Origin: an uncultured Candidatus Saccharibacteria bacterium
GTDB taxonomy: Bacteria > Patescibacteriota > Minisyncoccia > Phycocordibacterales > UBA918
Reading direction: 5' to 3'
DNA length: 64,000 bases
Assembly (NCBI GenBank): GCA_964353135.1
Contig: CAYGTV010000002.1
Coordinates: 169,122-233,121, forward strand
The first letter of the stretch is position 1. Every line of letters starts with the position of its first letter. Position numbers and translations under genes: made by a program. Positions 20,064-30,529 of the stretch are shown here, piece after piece. The notes beneath the pieces are model-generated. The model was not told where the DNA came from. It worked only from the letters and a program-made list of their open reading frames with translations, and did no database searches.

Positions 20064-21227
20064 ATGAATCAGGTCATTATTCCGGCTGGCACAGCAGCCC
20101 CGACACACATGAAGCCAGTTACTCAAATCGAAAATTTAGCCGGGAAGTATGTCATTTTGCGGTCACCACTTAACTTGCCCGTCAGCGACGGAGTGGTAAC
20201 CAATGATTATCGACTGAAAAAAGCCTTACCAACTATGCGCTACTTGAGTGAAGCTGGGGCAAAGGTTATCGTTATAGGTCACATTGGGCGTAAACCAGAG
20301 GAAACTCTTAAACCGGTTTTTGATGTACTGCAAAACTACCTTCCAGCCCAGTGGGGTGGACTTATCGGAAGTGAAGAGTGCATGCAGCGACGGGGGTTGA
20401 TGCAAAACGGTGACATCCTCCTGCTGGAAAACACCCGTCAGGATGCGCGCTATGAAAATAACGAGTCCCAGTATGACGAAGAAATGGCAGCGCTTGGAGA
20501 CATCTTTGTGTTTGATGCGTTTTCAGTCGCTCACCGCGAACAAGCGTCTGTGACGGGAATTGCTTCTCACCTACCAAGCTACGCCGGCCTCACGATGCTA
20601 CAAGAAATTAAAAAACTCTCAGAGGTGATGAAACCAACTTCACCATCATTATTTATCATTGGTGGTGCAAAGTTTGACACCAAAATGCCGTTGGTAGAAA
20701 AGTATCTCAGTGTCTACAACCACACATTTATCGGGGGAGCGTTGGTAAATGATGTCCTCAAAGCCAAAGGATTTGAAGTTGGCACTTCACTTGTCTCAGA
20801 CGTGTCACTAGAAGGAGCATCGTTTCTTGATGATCCAAAACTACTCATGCCGGTTGATCTAGTGGTTAACGGTGGCACAGCTGGAAAACGAACCTGCGAC
20901 ATTGACCAGGTGCAATCAGACGAAGCAATTCTAGACGTTGGTCCAAAAACCGTTGCTATGCTGCGGGACTATATCGGGAAAGCCGCAACCATTTTATGGA
21001 ACGGTCCGTTTGGAAACTATGAAGGAGGCTACGTTGAAGCAACCGAAGCTGTCGCGAAACTTATTGCTGCATCTGACGCGACATCAGTTGTTGGCGGCGG
21101 CGACACAGTAGCAGCCATCGAAAAACTCGGTATTAACGATCAGTTTACTCACGTTTCAATCGGTGGCGGCGCGATGCTCGAGTTTTTAGAAAAGGGAACG
21201 TTACCCGTGATTGATTCACTTACGTAG
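20064..21227 (+). CDS. pgk: Phosphoglycerate kinase
   Basis: LNLP, HIGR, LLENTR, AHR, GGAK, WNGP, GGGDT, SIGGGA. Confidence 0.96.
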   Translation: MNQVIIPAGTAAPTHMKPVTQIENLAGKYVILRSPLNLPVSDGVVTNDYRLKKALPTMRYLSEAGAKVIVIGHIGRKPEETLKPVFDVLQNYLPAQWGGLIGSEECMQRRGLMQNGDILLLENTRQDARYENNESQYDEEMAALGDIFVFDAFSVAHREQASVTGIASHLPSYAGLTMLQEIKKLSEVMKPTSPSLFIIGGAKFDTKMPLVEKYLSVYNHTFIGGALVNDVLKAKGFEVGTSLVSDVSLEGASFLDDPKLLMPVDLVVNGGTAGKRTCDIDQVQSDEAILDVGPKTVAMLRDYIGKAATILWNGPFGNYEGGYVEATEAVAKLIAASDATSVVGGGDTVAAIEKLGINDQFTHVSIGGGAMLEFLEKGTLPVIDSLT

Positions 21228-21279
21228 TCAAAATTATTTAATATAAAAACATGTCTCAGCGGGGACATGTTTTTATCAT

Positions 21280-21861
21280 TTAGTTAGGTAATCCAAAAAA
21301 TGCTCTTGTTTCAGCTTTATCTTGAAAGTGGTTAGATAAAACTGCGTCATACACATCTGCCGACTCAAAATCTTTTCCGACTCCGTAGCGGGCTGCTGCA
21401 AGCAAATCCTGCTTCAGAGACAAGATTAAAATCCTTTGTTCATCCGTAAGGTTACTCAATGGTTCTTGAAATCGACTATGGGTACCGTTTGACCACTCTG
21501 GTTTTTGTAGCCAGATATCACAGCTCCATTCAATATCTTGAAACTTAATTATGGGCGACACCCAGTATCCTGTCGGACGATCGCTTCCGTGTTTGTGTGG
21601 AAAGTTAACCCGGTCCGCTGTTTTTATGCCTGATACAAACTCTGATGCTAAAAAAGCGCTACACAAATCTACGTAGAGTTGTTTGCTGAGGTCGTTGTTG
21701 GTAATACCAAGGTCGATGTCTGGTTGATGCATCAGACTGTATAGGTAGCTGCCACCAATTTCAAGTTCACCAAACGGTTCGACGATTGGTTTGATAACTG
21801 TCTCCAGTAATTCAGTTGCCATTGATTGCATTCTTTGCTGTTGTTCAAGTAGTAGGTGCAT
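21280..21861 (-). CDS. Nucleotidyltransferase-fold hypothetical protein
   Basis: GSY..LM..DID motif and a later DIW; start reassigned to MHLLL. Confidence 0.55.
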   Translation of the reverse strand: MHLLLEQQQRMQSMATELLETVIKPIVEPFGELEIGGSYLYSLMHQPDIDLGITNNDLSKQLYVDLCSAFLASEFVSGIKTADRVNFPHKHGSDRPTGYWVSPIIKFQDIEWSCDIWLQKPEWSNGTHSRFQEPLSNLTDEQRILILSLKQDLLAAARYGVGKDFESADVYDAVLSNHFQDKAETRAFFGLPN

Positions 21862-21924
21862 AGAGTTTGAGTATACCAAAAAATGGGCCGTCTCGATGAG
21901 ACGGCCCAAATTATTTTGTAAGAG

Positions 21925-22836
21925 CTAAACCTTTCCTCTATAGGCACCCCAAGCTGAATAGCCTTCATACGCTAGATAACCCAAAAGGACCCAGAAGGAC
22001 GTTCCATACGTTTCTGTGCTTGGGCCAAAGAAGACCAATATCAGTCCTGATAGGTTCAGAAAGAACAGCCACAGCACAAACCCAATAAGAGCGATACTGT
22101 TGACTATTTCGTGATGTCTTTTTATGAACCATGGTCCCTCGAGGTTGTTTGGCCCCCAGATTGAGTTGCTAGCACCCTCTCCCTTGTAAGGGAACACGTG
22201 GCCAAACACAGTCACGCCCAGCAGGATCCCTAACAATGCCAGGTGTACTTGTATAACCGAATTATCTACCAAGAAGTAGAGTGGCCACAACAAGATCAGG
22301 CTGATGATGGGTGACAGATGCAGTAGTGCAGCATATCGCCTTTGTGCCAGTGGAATGTCCATGCCGACCTCCCTTCTAGTGGTGTTTGTGGCCGGCTGTA
22401 CTTTTTGGTGCCAAGACACTGGTAGATGGGCTGAGAAAATGCCGTCCTGCGCCTCTAGGCCTAGGGGAGGAAACTGTCCTAGTGGATACCCATCGCGCTC
22501 AGTTGCCAGACACTTAAGCCATTCTTCAAGTTTCTCAACAGAAACCAATTGATCAACCTCAGGATTCAACAGAACCTCGGCGATTTCTTGTAGCGCCTCA
22601 TCACCTTCGGTGAAGTGTGTTCCGCTTTCGATCCTTTCACGGCTAGGTACATGCAGACCGCACCGCCATCCATGCGAGCATAAGAACCCAAAGTCACGGG
22701 CAATCCCCCATTCACGGTAGGTGATGAGAAGGTATTTTTCTGATTCACCCAGGTCAGCCATCAGCTTTTGGCCGGCTTCACTTTGGGTAAAAGTGTTAAG
22801 AACTTCTTTTACTTCTTCAATTTGTTCAAGAGACAT
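21925..22836 (-). CDS. Hypothetical protein with C-terminal DUF4870-like membrane domain
   Basis: RYAALLHLS...FIKRH...AWGAYRG; AAGGAGGAGG SD and TTGACA-17-TTTAAT promoter at 22899-22927. Confidence 0.6.
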   Translation of the reverse strand: MSLEQIEEVKEVLNTFTQSEAGQKLMADLGESEKYLLITYREWGIARDFGFLCSHGWRCGLHVPSRERIESGTHFTEGDEALQEIAEVLLNPEVDQLVSVEKLEEWLKCLATERDGYPLGQFPPLGLEAQDGIFSAHLPVSWHQKVQPATNTTRREVGMDIPLAQRRYAALLHLSPIISLILLWPLYFLVDNSVIQVHLALLGILLGVTVFGHVFPYKGEGASNSIWGPNNLEGPWFIKRHHEIVNSIALIGFVLWLFFLNLSGLILVFFGPSTETYGTSFWVLLGYLAYEGYSAWGAYRGKV

Positions 22837-22945
22837 AGTGCCTCCTCCTTCGAGATTAGTTTAGAGTGAGATTCCGCACTTCTTAAGGTAAGAGTGAAAT
22901 TAAAGCATTTTATTTCATTCTTGTCAATAGGTAAATTAAAAGTTG

Positions 22946-23290
22946 TTACTTATGTATTGCAAGAAAAATTCGATACGCTGTATACGCCAGAAGTACCCCT
23001 ACCAAACTCATGAGTAGATCGTGATATGAAAAGGATCGGTAGGTAAGTATAAGTTGAGAAAATTCATCAACTACTGCGAGCAATACAACAGAGGTAAGAG
23101 CAAATATGGTTGAGGTGTGTCGACGGTAGGCTACCGTAAGCGCAACCAGCGCTAGTGAGCCAAATACAATAATGTGTCCCAAGTCATCGAACCACCAGTA
23201 CTGCATAAAGTCTTCCGGAAATAAATCAAAGTTTGCCCACAATGAAGCGCTTATATAAACCAGTATAGGAATGAGTAGTAGGTAGCGCAT
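22946..23290 (-). CDS. VanZ-like membrane protein
   Basis: DDLGH..FG.L, DEFSQ...R.FS..DL. Confidence 0.8.
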   Translation of the reverse strand: MRYLLLIPILVYISASLWANFDLFPEDFMQYWWFDDLGHIIVFGSLALVALTVAYRRHTSTIFALTSVVLLAVVDEFSQLILTYRSFSYHDLLMSLVGVLLAYTAYRIFLAIHK

Positions 23291-23706
23291 TATTTTGTTA
23301 AAGCGGCTTTAATTTTAGCGGCGTTAATTTCTCGTTCTTCAAGCGTGGCTTCATAGATAGAGGCACGTACGTCATTTAGTGCGGTGATGCCCGATTCCTG
23401 ACTGACTGGATAAAGTATGACATGAACGTGAGGCACCTGATAGCCTTCAATAACGAGACAGGTACGACTGGTGTTAAATGCTGCGTCGGAAGCTTTAGCA
23501 ATTTGCTGTGCCACCTTCATGAGGTGTCCGGCCAAGTCTGGTTCTAGGTCAGCAAAGTAACTAACCGGAGTACGTGGGATGACCATGCATTGTCCGGGAA
23601 TTGACGGAAAGGCATCCATCAGGACCACGCAGTGTTCGTCTTGGTATACCAATACTCCAGGAATTTCTTGATCGATAATTTTAGAAAAGATAGTTTTTTC
23701 ATCCAT
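23290..23706 (-). CDS. HIT family hydrolase
   Basis: TIFSKII..EIP, VPHVHV. Confidence 0.88.
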   Translation of the reverse strand: MDEKTIFSKIIDQEIPGVLVYQDEHCVVLMDAFPSIPGQCMVIPRTPVSYFADLEPDLAGHLMKVAQQIAKASDAAFNTSRTCLVIEGYQVPHVHVILYPVSQESGITALNDVRASIYEATLEEREINAAKIKAALTK

Positions 23707-23734
23707 ATGTTAGAAATGGTACCATGTATGTATC

Positions 23735-25423
23735 ATGCCTACCTACTGCTGGCCGAAAGACGAGCCAAATCCCCTGATTGACTTGCCTGGTATTTCTCCG
23801 CTCCAGGCTGCTTTATTACACAACCGATCAGTGAAAGCTGATGAAGTAGCTAACTTTATTGCACCAGACTACAGTAAACATCTACATGACCCAATGCTCA
23901 TGAACGACATGGAGGCAGCTTGTGTACGGATTGAAGCAGCGCTAGATACCAAGCAACATGTCGCGGTGTTTGCGGACTATGATTGTGACGGGATTCCTGG
24001 TGCCGTGGTCGCTCATGACTTTTTTACGGCAGCAAAACACGAAAGCCTTACTATCTACATCCCACACCGTCACTACGAAGGATTTGGGCTAAGTGTTGCA
24101 GCGGTAGAAAAACTAGCTGAGAAGAAAGTCGACCTCATCATTACGATTGATTGCGGAGTGACCGATATTGACGCCGTAGAACGGGCCAACGCACTAGGTA
24201 TCGACGTCATTATCACTGATCACCATGAACCCAAAGAAACGTTGCCGGCTGCATTCGCTGTGGTGAATCCTAAACTTGGTGACTACCCGTTTCCTGACCT
24301 GTGTGGTGCGGCGGTGATGTTCAAATTAGCGCAAGCGTTGGTTTCTCGTCGTGATTATGGACTGGTTCCAGGGTATGAAAAGTGGTGGCTCGATATGGTG
24401 GCTATTGCCACCGTGGCAGATATGGTTCCACTGCTTGGTGAGAACCGAGTGTTAGCTCAGTATGGTTTGCAGGTGTTACGTAAATCACGTCGGCCGGGAC
24501 TGCAGCAGCTACTGAAAACAGCCAAAGCCAACCAAATCACCCTGACCGAAGAAGACATCGGGTTTGCTATCGGTCCACGAGTCAATGCCGCCTCACGCAT
24601 GGATACGCCTGAGGACGCGTTTCGTCTGCTTACCGCTAGTACAATCGAAGAAGCCAGTGAACGAATTACTCACCTCGAGGATCTCAATCAATCTCGTAAA
24701 ACTGCAGTGGGTTTGATGACCAAAGAGCTACACAAAAAAATGCAGATGCTAGAGGAAATCCCAGCGGTGATTGTGATGGGTGATCCGACCTGGCGTCCGT
24801 CACTGGTTGGTCTTGCTGCCAACAAAATTGCCGAAGAATATGGTCGTCCGGCATTTATCTGGGGTCGTGACGGAAATGATGTGTACAAAGGATCAGCCCG
24901 TTCCGGCGGATCAACGAGCGTTGTAACTCTGATGCAGGCGGCAGCGGATGCATTTAAAGAATTCGGTGGGCACCACGTAGCTGGAGGTTTTTCAGTAACA
25001 GACGAAGGTATTCATACGTTTGGTGAACAGTTAAACCAGGCTCACGCCGAACTAGGTGAAGCGGCGTTTATACAAGAAGAAGTGGTAATCGATGCCGCTA
25101 TCAGGCTCGAGGATGTCAACCAGCTGCTAATCAATGATCTACAGGTACTGGCACCTTTTGGCGCTGCCAACCGAAAACCATTGTTTGCTTTTAAAAACGT
25201 ATCACCATTAGGAGTTGAACAATTTGGTAAAACTAAAGAGCATTTAAAACTAACGTTCGGCACAGAATCTGGTCGCTCTGAAGCCATTGCATTTTTTGCT
25301 ACCCCAACGGACTACACCCGGGAACCAAAAGTGGGCGAAGACTGTACGGTTCTGGCCCACGTAGAGCAATCACATTTCATGGGTCGCGCGCAGATCAGAA
25401 TGATGATCGTGGATGTTGTGTAA
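23735..25423 (+). CDS. recJ: Single-stranded DNA exonuclease RecJ
   Basis: DYDCDG, TIDCG, TDHH, TVADMVPL.GENR, PRVNAASR, GSARS, GGH. Confidence 0.96.
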   Translation: MPTYCWPKDEPNPLIDLPGISPLQAALLHNRSVKADEVANFIAPDYSKHLHDPMLMNDMEAACVRIEAALDTKQHVAVFADYDCDGIPGAVVAHDFFTAAKHESLTIYIPHRHYEGFGLSVAAVEKLAEKKVDLIITIDCGVTDIDAVERANALGIDVIITDHHEPKETLPAAFAVVNPKLGDYPFPDLCGAAVMFKLAQALVSRRDYGLVPGYEKWWLDMVAIATVADMVPLLGENRVLAQYGLQVLRKSRRPGLQQLLKTAKANQITLTEEDIGFAIGPRVNAASRMDTPEDAFRLLTASTIEEASERITHLEDLNQSRKTAVGLMTKELHKKMQMLEEIPAVIVMGDPTWRPSLVGLAANKIAEEYGRPAFIWGRDGNDVYKGSARSGGSTSVVTLMQAAADAFKEFGGHHVAGGFSVTDEGIHTFGEQLNQAHAELGEAAFIQEEVVIDAAIRLEDVNQLLINDLQVLAPFGAANRKPLFAFKNVSPLGVEQFGKTKEHLKLTFGTESGRSEAIAFFATPTDYTREPKVGEDCTVLAHVEQSHFMGRAQIRMMIVDVV

Positions 25424-25434
25424 AGTAGTGCACC

Positions 25435-25523
25435 GGCTAGCTAGAAATCGATTCCCGCGCTCCTTGTCTGCCCCAGCCAAACCCACTCAGACATAGTCGC
25501 TTATTGCTGATTTCTAGCTAGCC
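25435..25523. repeat. Element with 15-bp terminal inverted repeats
   Basis: ggctagctagaaatc ... gatttctagctagcc. Confidence 0.7.
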
Positions 25524-25547
25524 AGCTATCATGGTATTGTGTTGCGT

Positions 25548-25961
25548 ATGCAAAAGCTAACTATTTTCACTGACGGGGGAGCGAGGGGTAACCCGGGGCC
25601 AGCGGCGATTGGGGTGGTTATTTATGACGAGCAAGACAATGAAATGAGCACGGTCAGTGAAGCAATTGGTGTTGCGACTAATAATATTGCTGAATACAAA
25701 GCAATCGTCCGTGCGCTTCAGCACACCGCCACAATTGTCGATGACACCAAAGCTGTGAAAATTACCCTGAATCTAGACAGCCAGCTGTGTCAGCGGCAGC
25801 TCATTGGTGAATACAAAGTTAAGGATGCGACTCTTAAGGTTTTATATGCTGAAGTAAAGGAACTCGAACGAGAGTATGCGTCGGTTGATTATATTCACGT
25901 CAAACGAGAATTAAACAAAGTGGCAGACAAACTGGTGAATCAGGCCCTTGACGCACTATAG
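25548..25961 (+). CDS. rnhA: Ribonuclease HI family protein
   Basis: TDGGARGNPGPA, TNNIAEY, DSQL, RELNKVADKL. Confidence 0.9.
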   Translation: MQKLTIFTDGGARGNPGPAAIGVVIYDEQDNEMSTVSEAIGVATNNIAEYKAIVRALQHTATIVDDTKAVKITLNLDSQLCQRQLIGEYKVKDATLKVLYAEVKELEREYASVDYIHVKRELNKVADKLVNQALDAL

Positions 25962-26019
25962 GGGTTTGGCGTAAGGTATCGCGTACGACACACAGTCGTG
26001 AATAAGAGGGAGAAGATCT

Positions 26020-26310
26020 TTGAACAACAAAAGTAAAGCAGCAGAAGATGCGCGCACAAAGCTGGCCCGGCAGATTCTTCCCGGGATGAAAGGGACGATT
26101 GAAATCGAAGGAAAGAAACAAAATGTGCGCATCACAAAGTCAGGCATGATTGTCGGCGCCACCCGTCGCAATCAAAATCTGCGCATCAACCCAGAGGATT
26201 TGAGGTCATCTTCAGGTGAGCCGGTACCTTTGCCATCATTTGATCCGACTCCACCCGACAGTGGAATTGACGCTATGTATGGTCATGGCTCACGTCTGGC
26301 TGCTGAATAG
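26020..26310 (+). CDS. Hypothetical protein (orphan cassette gene)
   Basis: TTG start after GAGGGAG; followed by hairpins at about 26316-26367. Confidence 0.5.
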   Translation: MNNKSKAAEDARTKLARQILPGMKGTIEIEGKKQNVRITKSGMIVGATRRNQNLRINPEDLRSSSGEPVPLPSFDPTPPDSGIDAMYGHGSRLAAE

Positions 26311-26385
26311 AACACGGGACACTGGGCTTTACCCAGTGTCCCCACGCCCCACCTCGGGGTTTTTTTATTTGCTAGACTAAAGTAT

Positions 26386-27948
26386 ATGAATGGTTGGCAG
26401 TTACTGACTGTGTGGAGTGGACTACTGATTGGAGTAGGGCTTGAAAGTTGGCTGAGTATATCATTGAACGTACTGCTACTTCTGCTTGCATTAGCGTTTC
26501 TGTCTGGGGTCTGGTGGCGACGGTTGGGGGATGTTAGAAGTTTGGTTGTTAGTCTGTGTTTGCTTCTAGTATGCATTGGCATTGTGCGCACGCAGTGGTT
26601 TGAAACCCAGTTTACCGATACACAGTTGGCCGAGCAGGTTGGCGAACGAGTAACAATTACTGGATTGGTAGCGAGCGAACCTGACGAGCGGGTTAACTTC
26701 ACCCAGTTATTTGTTGCAACTGAATCTGATGTGGTGCTAGTTAGGGCTGATCGTTTTTCAGATGTGCAGTATGGCGACGTCGTCTCGGTTTCTGGGAAAC
26801 TCGAAGTTCCAGAAGCGTTTTCGACTGATACTGGTCGGGTATTTGATTATCCAAAATATTTACAAGTACGGGGAGTGCAGTACGTAATTGGGTTTGCTTC
26901 GATTGAGGTGACGGAAAATGGACAGGGGAATCAATCACTGGCTTTTTTATACGACAGTAAAGCGCGCTTTATCACTGCGCTTGAGCAAGTAATCAGCAGT
27001 CCGCAGGTGGACCTAGGAGTCGGCTTGTTACTCGGAGTGAAGCAAGCGCTGGGAGACGAGCTTGAAACTGCGTTTCGCCAAACCGGGATTATTCATATTG
27101 TGGTTCTTTCGGGGTACAACGTGATGCTGGTGGTTGGGTTCTTCTGGTGGATCTCATCCTGGTTTCTACCGATCCGGGGACGGATTGTATTTGGTTTGGT
27201 TGGAATCACGCTCTTTGCGTTGTTGGTTGGATTGTCCGCTACGGTAGTGCGCGCTAGTATCATGGCGGCGATACTTTTGATTGGAAAATGGATGGGGCGG
27301 TTGTATGACGTTTTGCGCGCGCTCCTGTTTGCAGCGGGGGTTATGGTGCTGATCAATCCGTACATCTTACTCTACGACATCGGGTTCCAGCTCTCGTTTA
27401 TGGCAACCCTTGGACTAGTTCTACTTCTACCGCAATTTGAATCAACCTTAGCTACCCATTCCTCTACTCTCAAACTACGCGACCTGTTCATGGCTACCCT
27501 GGTTACTCAGTTATTTGTATTGCCACTTTTGATGTACCACATTGGTGAGGTGTCGATTGTGTCGGTCGTGGTCAATATGCTCGTACTTCCAATGGTGCCG
27601 GTAGCAATGATGCTGACGTTTGTTGCTGGGTTAGTTAGTTTAGTTTGGGTACCACTTGGGGCACTGTTTGGACTGCTCGCCCAGCTGCCTCTAACCTACA
27701 TAATTTTGGCAGCGGAATGGTTCGCTTCGCTACCATTTGCGGCGATCACCATTCCACCAATTTCAATCTGGACCATGGTGATGATGTATATCGCTCCGAC
27801 GGTTTTGTTTGCGCTGTGGAAGCGTCGCATGACACACCTCTCACCTGATCCAGTTGCTAACTGGACGATTGTGGAAGAAGTTGAATCCAAAACCACCCTA
27901 GAAGCGGATGCTTCTAGGGTGGCTGAAGTGCCCGTTATTTTGCGTTAG
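26386..27948 (+). CDS. comEC: ComEC competence channel (OB-fold plus Competence domain, no MBL domain)
   Basis: FDYPKYL, GIIHIVVLSGYN, RASIM, NP, GFQLSF. Confidence 0.92.
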   Translation: MNGWQLLTVWSGLLIGVGLESWLSISLNVLLLLLALAFLSGVWWRRLGDVRSLVVSLCLLLVCIGIVRTQWFETQFTDTQLAEQVGERVTITGLVASEPDERVNFTQLFVATESDVVLVRADRFSDVQYGDVVSVSGKLEVPEAFSTDTGRVFDYPKYLQVRGVQYVIGFASIEVTENGQGNQSLAFLYDSKARFITALEQVISSPQVDLGVGLLLGVKQALGDELETAFRQTGIIHIVVLSGYNVMLVVGFFWWISSWFLPIRGRIVFGLVGITLFALLVGLSATVVRASIMAAILLIGKWMGRLYDVLRALLFAAGVMVLINPYILLYDIGFQLSFMATLGLVLLLPQFESTLATHSSTLKLRDLFMATLVTQLFVLPLLMYHIGEVSIVSVVVNMLVLPMVPVAMMLTFVAGLVSLVWVPLGALFGLLAQLPLTYIILAAEWFASLPFAAITIPPISIWTMVMMYIAPTVLFALWKRRMTHLSPDPVANWTIVEEVESKTTLEADASRVAEVPVILR

Positions 27949-27954
27949 GTCAGT

Positions 27955-28533
27955 TTATGCCAAGCGCCCTGCTACCACTTCCCAGTTGAGGTTTTTGAAA
28001 AACGCATCAACGTATTGTCCTTTGTCTCCTGATACATAGTCTCGCAAGTATGAGTGTTCCCACATATCAAGTGCCAGGATGATGTCGACGTCAGCTAGTT
28101 GTCCGATGTGTTGCTCATCAACCCAGGTTTGTACGAGTTGGTCTGTGTGTGGGTCGTGATACATCATTGCCCAGCCAGTTCCGCGGGTCATGGCGATTTG
28201 TTTAAATCTAGTCAGCCACGCGTCAAACGTACCCCATTGGAATTCTATTTTTTCTTTGAGTGGACTATCTGGTAGATCAGTCGCGCCACCTTCTAGTTGA
28301 GCAAAGTAGTACTCATGGTTTCGCATACCGCCAAATTCAAACCCGAGCCGTCGCTGCATTTCTGCGATGGCATAGCCGTTGTTATCAGTGTCAGCGCTGT
28401 AGGCAGCGATTTTCTCTCGGATCAGGTTGACATGCTTAACGTACCCGGCGTATAGACCGAGGTGCATGTCGATGGTGTCTTTTGAAATCCCTTCTAGTTC
28501 TGGAATATCAAATGATACTGGTTCGTAAGTCAT
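27955..28533 (-). CDS. sod: Fe/Mn superoxide dismutase
   Basis: H..LY.GYV, NHEYYF, G.GW, LALDMWEHSY..DY, FFKNLNW. Confidence 0.92.
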   Translation of the reverse strand: MTYEPVSFDIPELEGISKDTIDMHLGLYAGYVKHVNLIREKIAAYSADTDNNGYAIAEMQRRLGFEFGGMRNHEYYFAQLEGGATDLPDSPLKEKIEFQWGTFDAWLTRFKQIAMTRGTGWAMMYHDPHTDQLVQTWVDEQHIGQLADVDIILALDMWEHSYLRDYVSGDKGQYVDAFFKNLNWEVVAGRLA

Positions 28534-28579
28534 AGTGAAGAACATATTTATACTAATGCTCGCATTGTATCATGGGGGT

Positions 28580-29431
28580 ATGGATTTGCGGGAATTGTAT
28601 CGATATGGATTGCTGGTGATTTTGGCTATTAGCGGACTTGGCCTGAGTGTATTTGGGCAGGCTAGTGGCTCTGATTTTCTCAAGGTGCACTTTCTGGATG
28701 TTGGGCAAGGGGACGCAGTATTGATTCAAACACCCGATGGATATGAAGTATTGATCGATGGTGGGGCAACTAGTCAGGTGATCAGACAGCTCGCAACAGA
28801 GCAGTCATGGAATGACAGCTTGATTGATGTGGTGATTGCCACCCATCCTGACACTGACCATGTTGGTGGATTAGTTGATGTGCTTGAGAGATACGATGTT
28901 GACCTGATTGTGCAAACGGAAGCTGAAAGCGACAGTCCAGCGGCGGTCGCGTTTTCTAAAGCGGTTGCTTTAGAAAACGCGACCGTGCAGTTTGCCAGGG
29001 CAGGGCAGGTCATCCAGGTCGGCGCCTCAACCACGATCCAGATACTCTCACCAGCGAGTGAAACTGACAACTGGCGAGCCAACGCAGCATCAGTCATAGT
29101 CCGAGTTGTATACGGTGACACGGCTTTTATGTTGACTGGTGATGCTCCAATTTCAATTGAAGATTATTTGGTTGGTGTCTATGGAGAGAGTCTACAATCA
29201 AATGTTCTCAAACTGGGTCACCATGGTTCGCAGACCTCGACCAGCGGATTATTTCTCGATACCGTTCAACCGCAGTACGCAGTTGTGTCAGCCGGTATCG
29301 ATAACCGCTATGGCCACCCAGACCAAAATGTTATGCAACGTGTGTTCGCTCGCAATATACAAACCTCTCATACTGGCATTGATGGCAGTGTTTCGTTTTA
29401 TAGTGATGGTCGGCGTGTATGGCAGGAATAA
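28580..29431 (+). CDS. ComEC-type metallo-beta-lactamase domain protein
   Basis: FLDVGQGDA, THPDTDHVGG, TGDA, GHHGS, NRYGHP. Confidence 0.9.
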   Translation: MDLRELYRYGLLVILAISGLGLSVFGQASGSDFLKVHFLDVGQGDAVLIQTPDGYEVLIDGGATSQVIRQLATEQSWNDSLIDVVIATHPDTDHVGGLVDVLERYDVDLIVQTEAESDSPAAVAFSKAVALENATVQFARAGQVIQVGASTTIQILSPASETDNWRANAASVIVRVVYGDTAFMLTGDAPISIEDYLVGVYGESLQSNVLKLGHHGSQTSTSGLFLDTVQPQYAVVSAGIDNRYGHPDQNVMQRVFARNIQTSHTGIDGSVSFYSDGRRVWQE

Positions 29432-29473
29432 TAAAAACGGACACCACTTGGTGTCCGTTTTTATAATCTGGAG

Positions 29474-29716
29474 TTAGATCAACTTTGCTTCTTTCAGAGT
29501 CTTGTACGCTCCGTTTTTAGCGATAGTTCGCAGTCCAGCTGCTGATACTTTCACTACTACAGTTTTGTCGATTTCTGGTACGAAAATTCGTTTCTTTTGT
29601 AGGTTTGGTTTTCGAGAAACTTTTCCGCACGGGTTAAACTGCGTCGCACGAGTGCGGTTAGAGTATCGTCCCCCGATTTGGGTTGCTTTTCCGGTGATTT
29701 GACAAACGTTAGCCAT
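29474..29716 (-). CDS. rpmB: 50S ribosomal protein L28
   Basis: MANVCQITGK...PNLQKKRI...KVSAAGLRT. Confidence 0.9.
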   Translation of the reverse strand: MANVCQITGKATQIGGRYSNRTRATQFNPCGKVSRKPNLQKKRIFVPEIDKTVVVKVSAAGLRTIAKNGAYKTLKEAKLI

Positions 29717-29896
29717 AGATATTTTTAATTAGTGGTGGCATCTTAGCATGATAGGTTGAATTTGCAAGTGAATGAACAAAGGAATGTAATGACTATTGTG
29801 AATTTATGTCTCAATTCCGGCCTTAGGCCCGGACGGAATTGCTAGGCCGTCATACCACTTATGTATTCTACGAAAATAAGTTATCATCTAGTAACT

Positions 29897-30529
29897 ATGG
29901 AACCCCTACAAATCGCGATGATCCTCATCCTAATTATGTCTGTCGTTATTCATGAAATGGCACATGGGTATGCTGCCAACTGGCTCGGTGATCCAACAGC
30001 GCGATTGCAGGGTCGATTGTCTCCCAACCCAATTGTGCACCTCGACCCGCTGATGTCGGTGATTTTACCTGGACTACTCGTTATGAGTGGTTCACCAATT
30101 TTGTTTGGTGCTGCCAAACCAGTCCCGTACAACCCATATAATTTCACTAACCAAAAGTGGGGGGAAGCAATCGTAGCTGCTGCTGGTCCTGCTTCTAACA
30201 TTGTGCTGGCTCTGATTTTTGCAGTGGTAGTGCGGTTTGCTGATGCTCTTGCTTTGTCAGAGACATTTATTACTCTGGCGGTTCAGGTGATTATCCTCAA
30301 TATTTTCCTAGCCTTCTTTAACCTGGTGCCGATTCCACCGCTCGATGGCTCTAAAATCCTACCTCGCTTTTTGCCGTACTCACTTCGGATGAGTTATGAA
30401 CGATTCCGCATGTTTTTCGAGCACAATGCCTTTCTTGGTTTTGGGCTTGTAATTCTTTTCTTTGTGGTGTTTTTGTCTGAGCCGCTGTATCGACTCACGC
30501 TCACCCTGACATACGGGTTGATTGGATAG
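29897..30529 (+). CDS. Site-2 protease family (M50) membrane metalloprotease
   Basis: HEMAH, GDPT...GRLS.NP, AGP, FNLVPIPPLDG. Confidence 0.93.
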   Translation: MEPLQIAMILILIMSVVIHEMAHGYAANWLGDPTARLQGRLSPNPIVHLDPLMSVILPGLLVMSGSPILFGAAKPVPYNPYNFTNQKWGEAIVAAAGPASNIVLALIFAVVVRFADALALSETFITLAVQVIILNIFLAFFNLVPIPPLDGSKILPRFLPYSLRMSYERFRMFFEHNAFLGFGLVILFFVVFLSEPLYRLTLTLTYGLIG

